A DNA stretch of 64,000 bases. Origin: the human T2T-CHM13v2.0 reference genome, Homo sapiens. This document shows positions 42,835-58,447 of the stretch, one piece after another. The position numbers were made by a program, and so were the translations under genes. The notes under the pieces were generated by a model. It saw only the letters and a program-made list of their open reading frames with translations. It had not been told where the DNA came from and made no database searches. Within the stretch, counting starts at the first letter, position 1; the number at the start of each line of letters is the position of its first letter. The DNA lies in NCBI GenBank assembly GCA_009914755.4, contig CP068257.2:8992001-9056000 (forward strand). The letters are read 5' to 3'.

Positions 42835-42967
42835 TCACCACGCCCACACACACTCACTCAGACGTGTGAGCATGCAGCATGCAAACACAAAAGACAGTAA
42901 TTCATCAAAATGTATACATTAAAATGTGCAGTTATTTTTTATATCAATTATACCTCAATAAAGCCTT
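42835..42967 (+). mobile_element. Short L1 3'-end fragment, plus orientation, head-to-head with the preceding minus-strand L1.
   Basis: catcaaaatgtatacattaaaatgtgcagttattttttatatcaattatacctcaataaagcc matches the L1 3' UTR terminus in sense orientation. Confidence 0.65.
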
Positions 42968-43249
42968 AAAAAGAACAAGATAACATTAGATACCAGAAAT
43001 TGTAAGAAAGTTTTTTTTGCAATATTTCTTTAGCCTCATCCAATTCGCAGCAAATTTGAAGTGACAATTATTTCATGAAAAATAATCGTTTTTTTAAGAT
43101 TTACTTTGATTAGTTATATTTATAGAAATTTAATACCTTTTTACAACTATAGAACAATTTTTAGTCACTGAATGACTTGCCTTTTTTATTATCTCCTAAC
43201 TAAGAGATAAGTAACCAAAGTGTTAACCTTTAATGCAGCTAAAGTTTCC

Positions 43250-43286
43250 TTTTTTTTTTAAAAAAAATATATATATATATATATAT
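43250..43286. repeat. Poly-T / poly-A / (TA)n low-complexity tract.
   Basis: tttttttttaaaaaaaatatatatatatatatatat. Confidence 0.8.
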
Positions 43287-43821
43287 TGTTTCCATAATAA
43301 AAGACACAACCAGGCAGTTATTCTTAGAAGAAGCCAGCTAGACATTTTAAGAATTAGTAATTAATTTTAAAAAATCCTTGTGAACTTTGTGCTATTTTAA
43401 AATTATGTATTTATAAGTTACAGTAAACCAATTAGCATTAGAGTTACCATGAAATTTAAGAGGCTTTGTAATCAGCTTCATTGTTTTTTTTCTACTTAGT
43501 TTTATGTAGACCTGGGCTAGATATTCCTGGACTCTGCATATATAATGACAGACTTTAAAAGCAACTTAAAAGGCCGACTGTTGTCAAGTTAAAAAGTCCC
43601 CACAGGAGAGTGAGGGTACAGGGTAATAACGGTTTGACACTGTAGTTCCTATGTTAACCACATAACAGACCGAAATGTTATCCGTGACAGCTAAAAGACA
43701 GATCAGGAAAGCACCAGAAAAGAGAGCAACTGATTCTCTTTTCCCAAGCAATCACCGAAAAATAAGAAACAAAATAAGACTGAAAGCTCAGTGACAGATG
43801 ACTGATGGTCAAAACCATATT

Positions 43822-44136
<315 letters not shown>

Positions 44137-44371
44137 TCAGAGCTACAGTTCCTCAAACCGTCCCGGTAAATGTAACAAATTTAAGGGGGTCTCCAAGAAG
44201 AATCAAATCTTAGTTAGTCACCACTGCAATTGTACCTGAGGACCAAAAGGCACAGGTAAGAATTGTTTTCTGTCTTAAGGCTGGCAACACCAGCACCACT
44301 AAGTGAGGCCGACAAGGCAATTTTGGTGGATCTCCTAAAATGTCTGATAAAATAAGACCAGGGCTAAGTAC

Positions 44372-44412
44372 TACTATGACTACGACTACGACTACGACTA
44401 TGACTACGACTA
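44372..44412. repeat. Hexanucleotide microsatellite (GACTAC/ACTACG)n, about 7 units with T/C variants.
   Basis: tactatgactacgactacgactacgactatgactacgacta. Confidence 0.8.
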
Positions 44413-47400
44413 ATCATACCACTACCTGTAATAATAATTACAAAGCTGCTGAGTCTATTAACTTGCCAGGCAAGGGAACACTCAACAGTTAAGAAATTTA
44501 CAAAGTCTCTGCAGCGTATGATCAGGGTTCCCTAAGTGATTAAAAAAAGGGAATTCACAATAGTTATGCTAATTAAGAGCCGAAACTAGAACACCAAATT
44601 AAGTGAAATGAGTTTATACGTCTGCACTGCCCATTCACCAGGAAAGACTCCTTAGTTTGTAGTAATAAATAAATGTTCATTCAGGTCACTCAAATTCATG
44701 ACATCTTATCAGCTTTAACTGGTTAGAGCGTTATCACGAAATGAAACAACCAGTTTTGCTATATTCTAGGGAAGTGTTATTGTAGATATGTTTATGTGTG
44801 AACTAGATTGGTATGTAAACTGCATTTCTTTGTATGAGTTTCTGCCAAAAAAATTGAGTACCACTAGTTTAGATGTTGGGCAAAATTAATTATTTGTCAT
44901 ATATATTTTGACTCTTCTCTAGATCCTAAATGCTCAGAAAGTTAGTTATTTTAAAATCACAGTTTTTTAAAGATAAAATAAAAAACATGCTGATAGTATT
45001 TATGAGGAATTTTTGGCTAAAATTAGGTTAGAATATATGCTATGTTTCCTTTTCTTTGCTGATCTGTTTGTAGTAGAGAGACATAAATGAACGTCTCATA
45101 AATTTTTAAATGCACCAAATAAAGGAGAATGGATGAAAGCTATCAGTGCTGCACACTGTTAAAAGAAGCTTTACTAACCTTGGCGTAGAAAAGATGTCCA
45201 AGGTGTTTATCAGCAAATTGAATTACAAATGCAAAACCAAGGAAAAGTTTTACAATGCAAAGCTGAAATCAGGATTAGATTATTTTGAGGCATCTGGGTG
45301 CTTTTTCATGGGTATATACATAAGCTTGATTAGACAGGAGTAAAATGGAAATCATGAATTCATAGGCAGGGGTACATACATTTAAAATAATGAAATTGAT
45401 CTGCATGGACTGGCTTAGCTAGCAGATTGTCACAGCATGATCTCTCATTAGGATATTTCCTTGAAGCTTGAGATTGTTAGAGTAAACAAGGCATAAATAT
45501 CCAGGTGATAGTGGCTAGACACAGGTATTCATCTTCAAATTTAACTGTTCTTTGAAGAATTATATGGTCCACAGAAATCCTGATAGATATACTGTGGATA
45601 TCAAACACAATAAGTATTATTACAAAATTTAAATAAGCACAGTGTGCTCCAGCTTACTTAAACTGAAAGTTTATGAGACTAATTGTCTTTCCTTACATAC
45701 AGATATTTGAATAAGCCATGTCCAAAGTATATTTTACTTCTGAAATTTATTTTTGCTTAAATTGGAGCTAATGTCTGATCTGGCTTTGCAGTTGAGATAT
45801 TCATATAAATATCCAGTGTCATATTTGAACCCAGATTTCAAAATTCTTTATGGTTTTGACTATTTCAGCTTCTTTATATGTTTTGGAAATACAATAGAAT
45901 TCAAATACTCAGATTTTTTTCGTTGCAAAATTGCATTTCCTAATATTAGGACTCAAATATATCATATGAAATCTGGAGAAAGTTTTTGCAACTCCCGTCA
46001 ATTTTTCAAGAATTTGAGTTTGTTTTATGCATTAATATGTTTGAAAATGTTTACATTTTAATGAATTAAAATCTCATGTTAAATAATATAGTTTACCTCT
46101 ATTGATGTAAATCCTTTATCTCTTCCTTTATATACATTTTAGAGTTTACATGCTCTAAAAGTTACATGCTATTGTCTCTAGCAAACTCCAAGTGGGTTGT
46201 TCACTGTTCAAAGTCTTTTGAAATATATTTTTTCCTTCATAAGATATTTTATTAAATAAAATATTTAGGTCAAACCCATATTTATGCCTTCATAAAGGTA
46301 TATTTGCAGAATGCATGATGATGAAAGAGCTACTTTTCCTTTTTTAGGTTTTGAATAAAAGACTGTGCTTCAGGAAAGAAAATAAGGATGTAAAAGTGAG
46401 CAAGATTAGCTATGGTAGCTATAATTGAGTGTCCTTCAGTAGTAGTCCAACTTCCAGTCTAAATATTAGTGAGATAAGAGCCCAGGCAGTGTTTCTATTC
46501 AATTAATCATGGCTACCTTCCTTATACAATTCTTATTTCATCATTAATTTTTAAAATATTCTTTTACTCCTTAATTTTAAGAATACAAATTATAAGTCTT
46601 TTGTGAGTACAAATAACAACAGCATATATGCAAGCAATAATACTTAGTAAAATGGATAATATCAACCTGTCAGTAATTCAATAAATGCAGTATTACTTAT
46701 ACCACTGAAGGTCCTTTATGCTCATCATAGAGACAATACCCCTGCCGCCCTTTTAGAGTTAACCACTGAGCTAATTTGTGTGTTTCTACTGCTTTTCATT
46801 ATAACGAAAATACACACCAATACACCCACACGTTATGTATGTTCTTAGAATTTAATACATATTAATCTGTCAGCTGTAAATATTCTCAAAAAATGTTTGC
46901 TAGCTGTACCAGTAAATAATGCAAAAACATTTATCACAGTTTGATGTATTAGCTAATTTGAACTAATCATTATTTTCTGTCTCTCACTTATAATTTGTCA
47001 TTATTTGCTATTGTATGTCCTACATTATAAACTCCAGGAAAGCACATATATGTTTTGGCTATCTTGTTTTGTTGCAGGAATGAAGGAATGGAGAGACCAC
47101 AGGGTGAGAAAGGAGATTTTTATTAAGTGCAGTCAGGCCCAGAAGATTAACATCCAAAAACTGAGCCAAGAAAAAAGATAGGTTTTGGCTTTTATAAACA
47201 CTTCAAAAAGGGGGTTGATTAGTTTGAAGCAAGCTTACAGTGGCATGAAGCGTAGTGGTGGAAAAGCAAGCATGCAGAACGAAGCAGAACAAAGTTAATC
47301 AAATTGTGACAGGTGCATAACTCAGGATTACATATGACATCTTGCTATGTAGCTCAGATGGCTGTTACCTAGGTTTTACTCAAGTGCCTTGCACGGGCTT

Positions 47401-47908
47401 ATCTCATAACATTCGTTATGGTGCCGAGGTGGCTGTAGTTCAGGCCTGCTCAGGCTTCTCATGACCTTCACTGTGCTGCCTAGATAAAACAGAATACTTG
47501 AAGGTACTAGTTACAGAGAATAGAAATCCATAAACTCGTAGGTTTACTCACATCATAAGAGAAGGGAAAATTTGTTTTTTTTTCTCCCTATGTTGAGGGA
47601 GTGCTGGTAGAGTCTCCAGAGCACATTTCTTTGAGCCATGGTTTCTTAGATAACATTATTGGAACTTTTGCCTGGGTCTGGGTTTTGCCTGTCACTGCCT
47701 TTGGGATGATCAGTCTAATACAGAAAGCTTATTTATTTCTCTTTTTAATTTTATTTTTCTTTCTTTCCCTAATTTCCACCTCAGTTTAATGCTCAAATTC
47801 CCCAAATTAGCATATATCGTTGGGAAAGAAACAAAATGCTCACAACCCTTTTCTCTTTTTTCATTTACAGCAATATTTATGCAAAACATAAAGTTTATTT
47901 GCATCTAA

Positions 47909-48267
<359 letters not shown>

Positions 48268-51200
48268 TAGTCACTTTAGTGATGTTGCTACATGTTTCTT
48301 TTTTTATATATACTTTTGAGGAAAATCTGTACACTTAGAACTCCCAAATTTATAAATTCAGCTTTGCAATCTCCTTTGAGTTACAGACTCTCAGGCACAG
48401 GTGCCTATTCAATGTCACTTCTCAGATGCCTACTAGGCATACAAAATGACAATATGATTCTTCTATTCACCCCTAAAATGTGTGCTTCTTATACTCTTTC
48501 TCATTTCAGTTAGTGACACATCCATTCTGTTACTTAGGCCAAACTCTTTGAGTCATCCATAGTGTTTAACATCTTCTCACATTACAATTTAATTCCTAAT
48601 TCCTCAAAAAAAAAGTGGGTTCTAACAACATATCTGAAATTCGACCAGTTCTCTCTATCTCTGCTGTTTTCATCATGATAAACTCTGTATTGTTCCTTTC
48701 CTGAATTATACTAAGTTTCTCCTAATTGATTTTCTTTATCACACTTGACTCCAAGAACATACTCTCAATTCAAGGGCTAAAGTGTCCTTCAAATTATGTT
48801 ACATCGTGTTACTACTATGTCCAACACTTCCTGATGACTTCCCAACTCATCCACAGTGAAATTCAAGATCATCACACTGGCTTACCAGGCCTATGAGATG
48901 CACTCTCACCACATCCTCATTATTTATGTCATCACATTTTTTGTTTCTCATTCATTCACAGACCTAGTTCTTTGAAGCTAATAGTCAACTTGTGATTATT
49001 CTGTTGTGTTCTACCTATTGTGTTGCTGAATTAAAATGCTCTTCCTCACAATATGAATATGGCTCATTCCCTCAACACATTCCATTTTTTAGTCAGCAGC
49101 ATTTTTATGAAGGTATTTCCTTACCACCCTATTTAAAATTGAAGCCCTTAACACTCCTAATTATCTGTTCCAGTTTTTTGTTCCTCACAAAAAACATGAC
49201 ACATACTTTCAAAATTTCAGTGGTTTCTCTTTCAATGTGAAAAGGTATGTACTATGAGGTTAGGGAAATATTGTTTATTTTGCCATCCCAAGCAAGACAT
49301 GGTGTTTAATAAGCATTTGTTGAATAAATAAACAAATATTTGTTGAACAAATAAATGACTGACTGATTTCACTGTTCCTAATCACTAGGACCATCTCGAT
49401 CAATGTGAAGATATGAAAAACATCAGAAAGAGAAGAATGTTGTCAGGTGTTTCCAGAGCACCATAAAAGTCAAACACCACACCACATTCTGCCCCCACGT
49501 AGAATTAACACAAAATAATTTTGTAGAAAGGAGAGACACCTTAACTAACAAGGTTAAATTTGAAATTGGTGAAAAAGAGAAAAGCACATACATATATGAT
49601 CCAGAGACAGAACCCATGTTTTACAATGGAGAATAAAAGCGGTTACATTTATTGTATGCCTTAATTTCATGGTTTCACTGTATCATATTGGCTGTATATG
49701 GGACTAATATCTGATTACAAAAAAGTCTTATGCCATTTGCATAGAGATTTGAAAACACAAGGCTAAAACTAAAGGGTTATCATCCTAAATGCATGTTTGT
49801 AAATGTTTTCTAGAATTGTGACCCCTTGGTGATATTGCTGGGTAGAGAAGTTACTTTCAGAATTTATTGCTTTTTTTATGAAACATAGATTCTGATAACA
49901 CTAGCTCTAAATGTCTAGTTACTCTAGACTGTTCTAAATTTTATGTCAAGATAGGTTGCAAAAGGAGACAAAGGAATAGAATACCATTTTAGGAGGGTAT
50001 TGATGAGCCTAAATTTGAGGCTTAATAGAACATCTATAAACAGAGGCACATTTCTAGTTACTAAAAGGCCAAATTTTGAATTAGGTCTTTTTTTGAATGT
50101 GAACTTTTATCCCAAATGAGCAGTGTCAAGGCAAATATTTCACTAGACAAAGTTAAACAGCAGAGAATACTTTATCCAAGGGTATTGCAATTGTGGAGAG
50201 AGGCCAGCATTCAATCTGGGCTCTACTCTACACAAAGAACTGAAGCATTTTTAAGATGTAAGGTAAGAGGATCATAGGCCACATGTGTTTGCTAATTGGC
50301 TTTACTGAAAGGAAAAATGGACATTTTAATATTTTTATGACAGGAAGTAGTTTCACAACTTGGCTCAAGGCACCAGTACTAATGTAGGTTTTACCCTCCC
50401 ATAGAAACTGGTAGATAGGGGTACTCAACTTGATGATTACATTTGAAAGGGATGGGGCTCAGGTCCTTGAGAAAAATACCCCTGGGTTGTTAAACTGTTA
50501 AGAGACTGCAAAAATATTTACATCTCAAAGGGACAGAGAAAGAATTTACAGTTTCAAGAGTTCTAAATCAAATGGTATACAAAAAGGAAGGTCAGTGGCC
50601 TAGAGCAGGAACAAGCCTGTATAAAGTTTTTGAAGCTGAGGGGAATAAATACTAACATCCTCTTGGTCATGACTACTATGTACATCAGCATCAGCTCATC
50701 CCTAAAGGCAGATCAACACTGCCAGCCTAGCAAAACAGCACGACTTTATCATCTTGTGGTTTGTAGTTGACTGAGAACCACATGCTATAAATATTTTATT
50801 TGTTTTTTCACAGCACTGACTTCTCAAGATGACAACTTTTAGACTCTCAACGTTTGTAGATAGTCTTTGTTGATTTTTTTCCCACATGACACACTTTTTA
50901 ATAACTCTATGGGATATGAAACTAATAACTGAATCGCAATGGTGATGACCCCAACCTATTAACTTCAGCCTTCAGTAACAGCGGGGATATGCCAGGATAT
51001 AGAGAAGAAAAATATAATTGTCCTCAGTATTTTTTATTCTCACTAAGCATAGTCCTTGTTGGAAAGGACATAGTCAAAATAATCTTTATAATTTAAGAAA
51101 TTTTCTGTGGTAGTTCTACATTTTATTAGCATGAATCTTTGTTTTAAAAATATTATTGTGTATATATATATGATGTAAATAACGATTTCGATACACATAT

Positions 51201-52849
51201 AGATAGTAAAAAGGATTTTTTCTAGATAAAACCCTGAAGACAGTATAACATTATTGAGTTTTCTATGGAATTTTTTTTGTATTTCTGCTTTTTAATTATA
51301 GTTTTAGTTGACATGCAATAATTACACACATTTATGGGGTACATAACAATATTTTGATACATGTATACAAGGACCTTAGTATTTTTCATTCTCACTAATT
51401 ATAATCTTTAATGGGGGGATGTCACTAAGAGTATCTTCATAATTTATTTCAAGAAATTGTCTGTAGTGGTTCTACATTTTATTAGTTTGAATCTGTTTTA
51501 TATCTAGACAGCTTTCCTCAGTGTAGGTGGCTCTGTGCCTCATTGTCAGAGCTGATAGTAATTCCAACCACCATCTAAGTTTGTCATTTGTTTACAGCAT
51601 TTATTTCTCACAGGAGAATAAAGCCAAAATTTTTTAATCAAGTTAGAAGACATCGTTTGATAATTACATTGCTTTTTAATGTGTATGAATCTTAGCACCT
51701 TGAATTAGAAAAGATTGTCAATGACTGAATTAAACTGATAATACCTAAAAAAAAAATCCTGACAATTTTATAGTACTTATTACGTATTATACATTAATTA
51801 ACTCATTTATTCTTCACAATATTACTAAAGACAATATAAATATTATTGTTATTTTCAAAATAAGGAAACTGTGGCACAAAATGTTAAGTAATTTGCCTAA
51901 AATCATAAATTAGCACTTCACGAGTTTTGATCCCAAGCTGTCTGAATTTAATTTTATAATCAAAAATTCATAAACTGTACTGCATCTCCTAAAACTTCTA
52001 AGAGAACCATATATAAAATTTAATTTTAAATATAACTTGAAACATGTCATTTTCCTGAGTGTCTGTTTTATCTAATATATAATATCAGAATCAAATGTTG
52101 ATACTACTTAATAATTTTATTTTATGTAACAAAATATAAAAAAGACTATTAGCACAGATTGTGTGCATTTCATCATGCCAATATTATATCATTAACATAT
52201 TAATTTCACTTATAATGCAGTTAGACATTGTGTAAGTTTTGTCTCAAATACAATTATGCAAAAAATTCTATCTAACACAAATTCATTTTAATTTTACATG
52301 TTTTGTCTCAGCTGATTTAATTTTGTGGAGGGGACCAATATTTTACAAACAATAAAACAGAAATGCCTAACACCAGTTAATACTCTAAATCGACATTTGA
52401 AAATACCAATATTCTATTTTAAAAATATTCTAAGATCTATATCTATATCTATCTATGCTACTTAGCTTGTGATAATCACTTCACAATGTATACCTACATA
52501 AATCCTCACATTTTCAGCCTTAAATATGTACAAGTTTTATTTTTCAGTTCTACCTCAATAAAGCTGAATGTATATAAATTCATTATTTATAGCTATATAT
52601 AAAATATATATAACATATATATATTTTATAATATATATATTATAAAAAAGCTAAAATGTATATATATTTGGGGAACCAAAAAGAAAAAGCATACAAAAAG
52701 GCATTTGTACAAATATATTTTACTTTAAAAATCAATGAGGAAACCAGATTTTAAAAGGTGTATAGTTAATGAAAATAATTTTTCTATTCTTTAATTGAGT
52801 TGACATATACCCATGCACCTTTGAAAATATAATTCTACAGGCCGGGCGC

Positions 52850-53136
<287 letters not shown>

Positions 53137-54823
53137 CTACATATTGTAAAACATTTTATTTTAAAAAGCAGCATGTGCTTTGCTTTTTTTTCCCCCTAGT
53201 TATTTTGTATCTGATGCGCAATACTAGATGCTCCATTTATTGGCATATCCTGTGTATGCGTCTGCATGTATAAAGGTGGCACATTTCTTCTTCATTTTAG
53301 GACTTCTGGATTAATGGGAAACCAACTAGACTTAAATTGAAGGGTCAGAGGTTTCTGGTGTCTTTCTTAACATTGCCTAGGGGGATTCTTCTCACTGCAG
53401 AAATTTCACATTCAATCACAGTATACCCTGGGGTCATTAGTCATGGTCTTGGCAGGTTAGATAAATAGTTATTAAAAATAAGGACAAGTCTGAGGTAGCT
53501 AAATTAAAAGCAAAATACCAGTTATAGTGTTACTTGAACTAGTTAAGTTCAAATAGAGCAGAATCACAACTGTCAGATTATAGATTTACAAAAGCATATT
53601 TTGACTCTATGGTAATAGGCAATTTAAATCAAAAATCTATTTTTGTACAAGGTTATTCTCAGGACCTGTGAGAACCTGTTATCTTCCTATCACATATATG
53701 ATTTGTTGAGCAGGATTGATTAAAAAAATGAATTAAGTCAGAATAGAAAACAAAATGAGAAGGAAAATTAGAAGACTGCATGATAAATGAAAACTATGAG
53801 TCAATTCAAAGAGACTTTTTATTAATTTATGAGTACAGAAGTTAGTTCCTTTATTTCTGACTAGAAATTTTTAGCAACAAGTAGAATCTAATCATTCATA
53901 TTGCATTAGTAAATATGTATTAACCACTGTGCTAAGATTATGTCATAGTTCCTACAGTCACAAAGTATAATCTACTTAATTCATTCATTAATTGGGAAAA
54001 AAAATCATTGTTTTCTTATAAAATACTATCATAGAGAAAACTGGGAGACCAACTTTTAATAAATACACAAATAAATGAATACATTTATTAATATAGTGTT
54101 ACATATTTTGAAGAAAATTTAAATATAGAGCTATTACTTACGGGGTCTGGTGGGATGGGCAGCATTGTATATAGTGCTTAGAGAAGGTCTTTCTGAAGAG
54201 CTAATGTTATTTATGAGATTTAAATGGTGAGAAAGAGACAGATGTTAGAAGACAGGATTTAGACAGAAAGATTATCTAGGGCAGAGGCTCTAAGGCAAGG
54301 ATGAATGACAAGAATGTTTAAAGGGAAGATCAAAGAGCAATGTGGAAATGATAGTGTATAAGTTATCAGCGAAGGTGTTAAGCACTCTACAGAGCCTCAC
54401 TGGCTTGTACCTAAGTAGAAGATAGGTAAAACTTTTCTACTCAAGAACACTCGAGTTGATAATTTATGACAAACAGTCAATGACAAAGCAGGGTGCCAAC
54501 TATTTTGGTAAAATATCAGATAGTAAAAGTTTTAGGCTTCATTGGCCAAAAGGCAAAATTGAGGATATCATATGTCTGCTTATATATCAAACAAGAAGAC
54601 ACATTTCCATATTTTTGTTGACCAGAATAAAAACATAATAATAATTAGACTTATAATATGAATCTACTGATAAAAACAACTGAATTCTTTACTGGGAAAT
54701 AGCATTTTGCTTAATTGAGATTCAGGGTTTATTTTACCTATCATCAAAATTGATTGCAAATGCTCATCTGTTAATACTCATCTATAATGAAATTTTACAT
54801 ATTTTATCTTTGATTTTTTTTTT

Positions 54824-55107
54824 TTGACATGGAGTCTCACTCTGTTGCCCAGGCTGGAATACCGTGGTGTAATTTCGACTCACTACAGCCTCCACCTCCC
54901 GGGTTCCAGTAATTCTCCTGCCTCAGCTTCCAGAGCAGCTGAGATTACAGGCATGCACAACTACACCCAGGTAATTTTTGTATTTGTAGTAGAGACGGGT
55001 CTACACCATGCTGGCCAGGCTGGTCTCAAACTCCTGACCTCAGGTGATCCACCTACCTTGGCCTCCCAAAGTGCTAGGATTACAGGAATGAGCCACTGTG
55101 CCCGGCC
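54824..55107 (-). mobile_element. Full-length Alu SINE, minus orientation, more diverged (AluJ / older AluS-like).
   Basis: poly-T then gacatggagtctcactctgttgcccaggctggaataccgtggtgtaatttcgactcactacagcctccacctcccgggttccagtaattctcctgcctcagcttcc...ggattacaggaatgagccactgtgcccggcc. Confidence 0.88.
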
Positions 55108-56426
55108 TGATATTGTTTTTAACACAGAGATACTGCCAAATATTGATATCAGTTCATAAGCATATTATTATAATTGAGCACATAAAACATTTGGAAGGTA
55201 TTCTACTAGATTCTTCTCTTGATATTTGCCTTTTAGCATATCATTATATTATTATATTGCAGTTGTCACTTCCAGTTAAAGGTTAGGTAGGAGTTTCTCA
55301 ATTGTATAATTACATTCATTTTGAAATATTAAATTTTCTTTAATAGCTACATCAATTTTCAAATACCAGTCCTGAAACTGTAGTTTGAACTCAGAGAAAA
55401 TACATTTTACTGCAAATTTGCATGGGAATGAAGAACAACCTTTTTGTTATAAGTTATGAAAGCACAGAGAGAATGTACAGCAGATTGGCATTTTGCTAAA
55501 TGATTTATTGTTTAGTTGTTGAAATTACATTATAGTAGTCAACACTTTCCATGTAAGCACTATTCTGCTTTGTAATTTTTGAATTAGTTTTGATAAATAT
55601 CTACAAATGTTTACAATAAAAGCTAATTTCAAAGCGTTTCAATGAAGTGATTGGGGTGATTCTTCTTTAGAAAAATTTCAATCACGTCGATCTGTCCAAA
55701 TAATTAGTATAAAATGTTACCACTGCTAAACGACCTAATTATTATGCAGGTAGGTTAGGATTCTTCAATTTTCCATAAAAATATTTATAGAATTGACAAT
55801 GGTTACATAGACAAGGATAAATGAAGTTCACATGATAGATTCAAACATTTTCTTCAACTAGATGCTGGTAATAGGGAATAACAAAAGATTTTATATACCT
55901 TGCATTTTCACATACTATAAATTTTTCCAATTACGTACTTTTTGATGCACATACATTTTTACCACCAATATTTGTAAACCATCTTAGCAGATTCCATTTC
56001 TGGATGTACGAAATCAGTTTTAACTTGACATATTTGAAAAAAATTCAAGTGAGAATATTTTCACTTGAATTTTTTCCTTGTAGACTACAAAGAGAAATTA
56101 ATTCTTCAAATACTTCAAACTGGTCATTAACCTACTGAAAAATCGATCACAGTTGAAGAGTGTTAATAATACCTCTCAACTCATCAAGTACCATGGACCA
56201 CCACCCTAAGTCATATCCTTTACTTTTATTTAAAATAATTATATAATATTCTGCTCTAAATTTCATCTTGAATGAATTCGATAGCTATTCTTGTATACTT
56301 GGCATATGTCATGCTCCTTTGTTTTTCAACATTGAAATTTCATTTATATCTGGAAAATAAGACTTACCTATGAGGTTAAGGGACTTATATATTGTGAGTT
56401 AAGAAAGTCATTTTTAGAAAAATTCC

Positions 56427-56719
56427 GCCGGGCTCGGTGGCTCATGCCTGTAATCCCAGCACTTTGGGACGCAGAGGCGGGTGGATCATGAGGTCAGAAG
56501 TTCAAGACCAGCATGGACAAAATGGTGAAACCCCATCTCTTCTAAAAAGACAAAAATTAGCCAGGCGTGGTGGCAGGCACCTCTAATCCCAGCTACTTGA
56601 GAGGCTGAGGCAGAGAATTGTGTCAACCTGGGAGGCAGAGGTTGCAGTGAGCCAAGACTGTGCCACTGCATTCCAGCCTGGGTGACAAAGTGAGACTCCA
56701 TCTCAAAAAAAAAAAAAAA
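56427..56719 (+). mobile_element. Full-length Alu SINE, plus orientation (AluS/J-like), with a poly-A tail.
   Basis: gccgggctcggtggctcatgcctgtaatcccagcactttgggacgcagaggcgggtggatcatgaggtcagaagttcaagaccagc...ccagcctgggtgacaaagtgagactccatctcaaaaaaaaaaaaaaa. Confidence 0.9.
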
Positions 56720-56832
56720 TCCACATTCTTAAAATCCAGGGCAAGTTCCTCTGCTTTAAATTTGGCCATTTGATTCTTTCATATGGGACTTTGTAGCTGG
56801 GCAAGTGATTCAATGGTTTAGAAATAGTTTGA

Positions 56833-57168
<336 letters not shown>

Positions 57169-58152
57169 TGTATATCAAATTTTTGAAGAAATCTCTATTC
57201 TTTTTTAGATCTTTTCGAGAAACAGCCCTTGGTACTAATGTAAGTATCATGGAACCCATGTAACCAGAATATTTATTTCTCTCAGTCAGTATGACATTAT
57301 CTGATCCACAAAGTATAAAGACAGGCATTACTAGTAGCCCTTCATCATCAAGTCCACTTAGAGAACCCTAACATAGTCTCTTAAAATTGACTATGATTGT
57401 TTTAAGAGAAAGAAAAAAAAAGTTCCAGCAGGGCTTCCATTTTATTCTGCAGAGTGTGTTTATTCCAAAAAGGGATGTTACTAAAGTAGGATAAGAATAT
57501 AAATGTTTCCCATGGAGAGATTTGGTATAGAACATCTTCACTGTTCACTTTGGTATAGAGGAGTAAGTCACAAGGTTAGGACCTATACCAATAAATAAGC
57601 AATGGCAAATAAATGCACTGGATTCATGTGACATTCACAGATAATAGCCTAAGTTGCATTTTTGTCTTCTGTAAATTAACCATAATTATCATAAAGAAAA
57701 CCATCTTCCAGCTTAAAAAAAAATGTGTCTCTCAGGGCCCATTGTAGCCAATACTACTAGGAGACATAGTTATACCAATGAAATATAAACAAAAAGCACT
57801 GGATAAGCATTTTTGGAATACTCTTTTAAATATACCTAGTTGACTGGCATGTACTATTTTTCCCAGGTCTAGAAAATAGGTGCAATATTTAAGTGGAAGA
57901 GCCTTTCTCAGACTATGAAGCAACAAACTGCAGTCAAATGGTGGTTGAATATAATTTTATGGAGAGTGTAAGGGTTTTATACTCATGGAACTGTTCTAAA
58001 TATACTGGCATACTTTCACTTAAAATGTCAAATTTATTTAAACCATGTTTTATTTAGATTTAATTTTACTTACAGCTCTTGTATCATATGGACAGTAGGA
58101 TAGATCTAACTAAATATGACACACAGAATAATTTGGATTTATTTTCTTCACC

Positions 58153-58447
58153 TTTTTTTTTTTTTTTTTGAGACGGAGTCTCACTCTGTCGCCAGGCTGG
58201 AGTGCAGTGGCACGATATCGGCTAACTGCAACCTCTGACTCCCTGGTTCAAGTGATTCTCCTGCCTCAGCCTCCCAAGTTTCTGGGATTACAGGCACGCG
58301 ACACCACACCCAGTTAATTTTTCTATTTTTAGAAGAGACAGGGATTCACCATTTTGGCCAGGATGGTCTCGATCTCCTGACATTGTGATCCACCCACCTC
58401 AGCCTCACAAAGTGCTAGGATTACAGGTGTGAGCCACCGCACCCAGC
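58153..58447 (-). mobile_element. Full-length Alu SINE (AluS-like), minus orientation, with a 10-bp target-site duplication tttcttcacc.
   Basis: poly-T then gagacggagtctcactctgtcgccaggctggagtgcagtggcacgatatcggctaactgcaacctctgactccctggttcaagtgattctcctgcctcagcctcccaagtttctgggattacaggcacgcgacacc...ggattacaggtgtgagccaccgcacccagc. tttcttcacc precedes the poly-T and follows the Alu 5' end. Confidence 0.9.

Noticed and set aside
42243-42967. L1 twin-priming as the explanation for the head-to-head L1 pieces.
   Set aside because: In twin priming the inverted part derives from more 5' L1 sequence and lacks the extreme 3' end. Here both pieces contain the terminal ...attatacctcaataaa 3'-UTR end. Two insertions or an inverted duplication is more likely. 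This is left as an open alternative in the findings.
47330-47420. tRNA-like impression from gtagctcagatggctgttacctaggttttactcaag.
   Set aside because: I could not fold a cloverleaf with a proper acceptor stem or conserved T-loop (GTTCRANYC). It is probably part of an unclassified repeat, so no tRNA is called.
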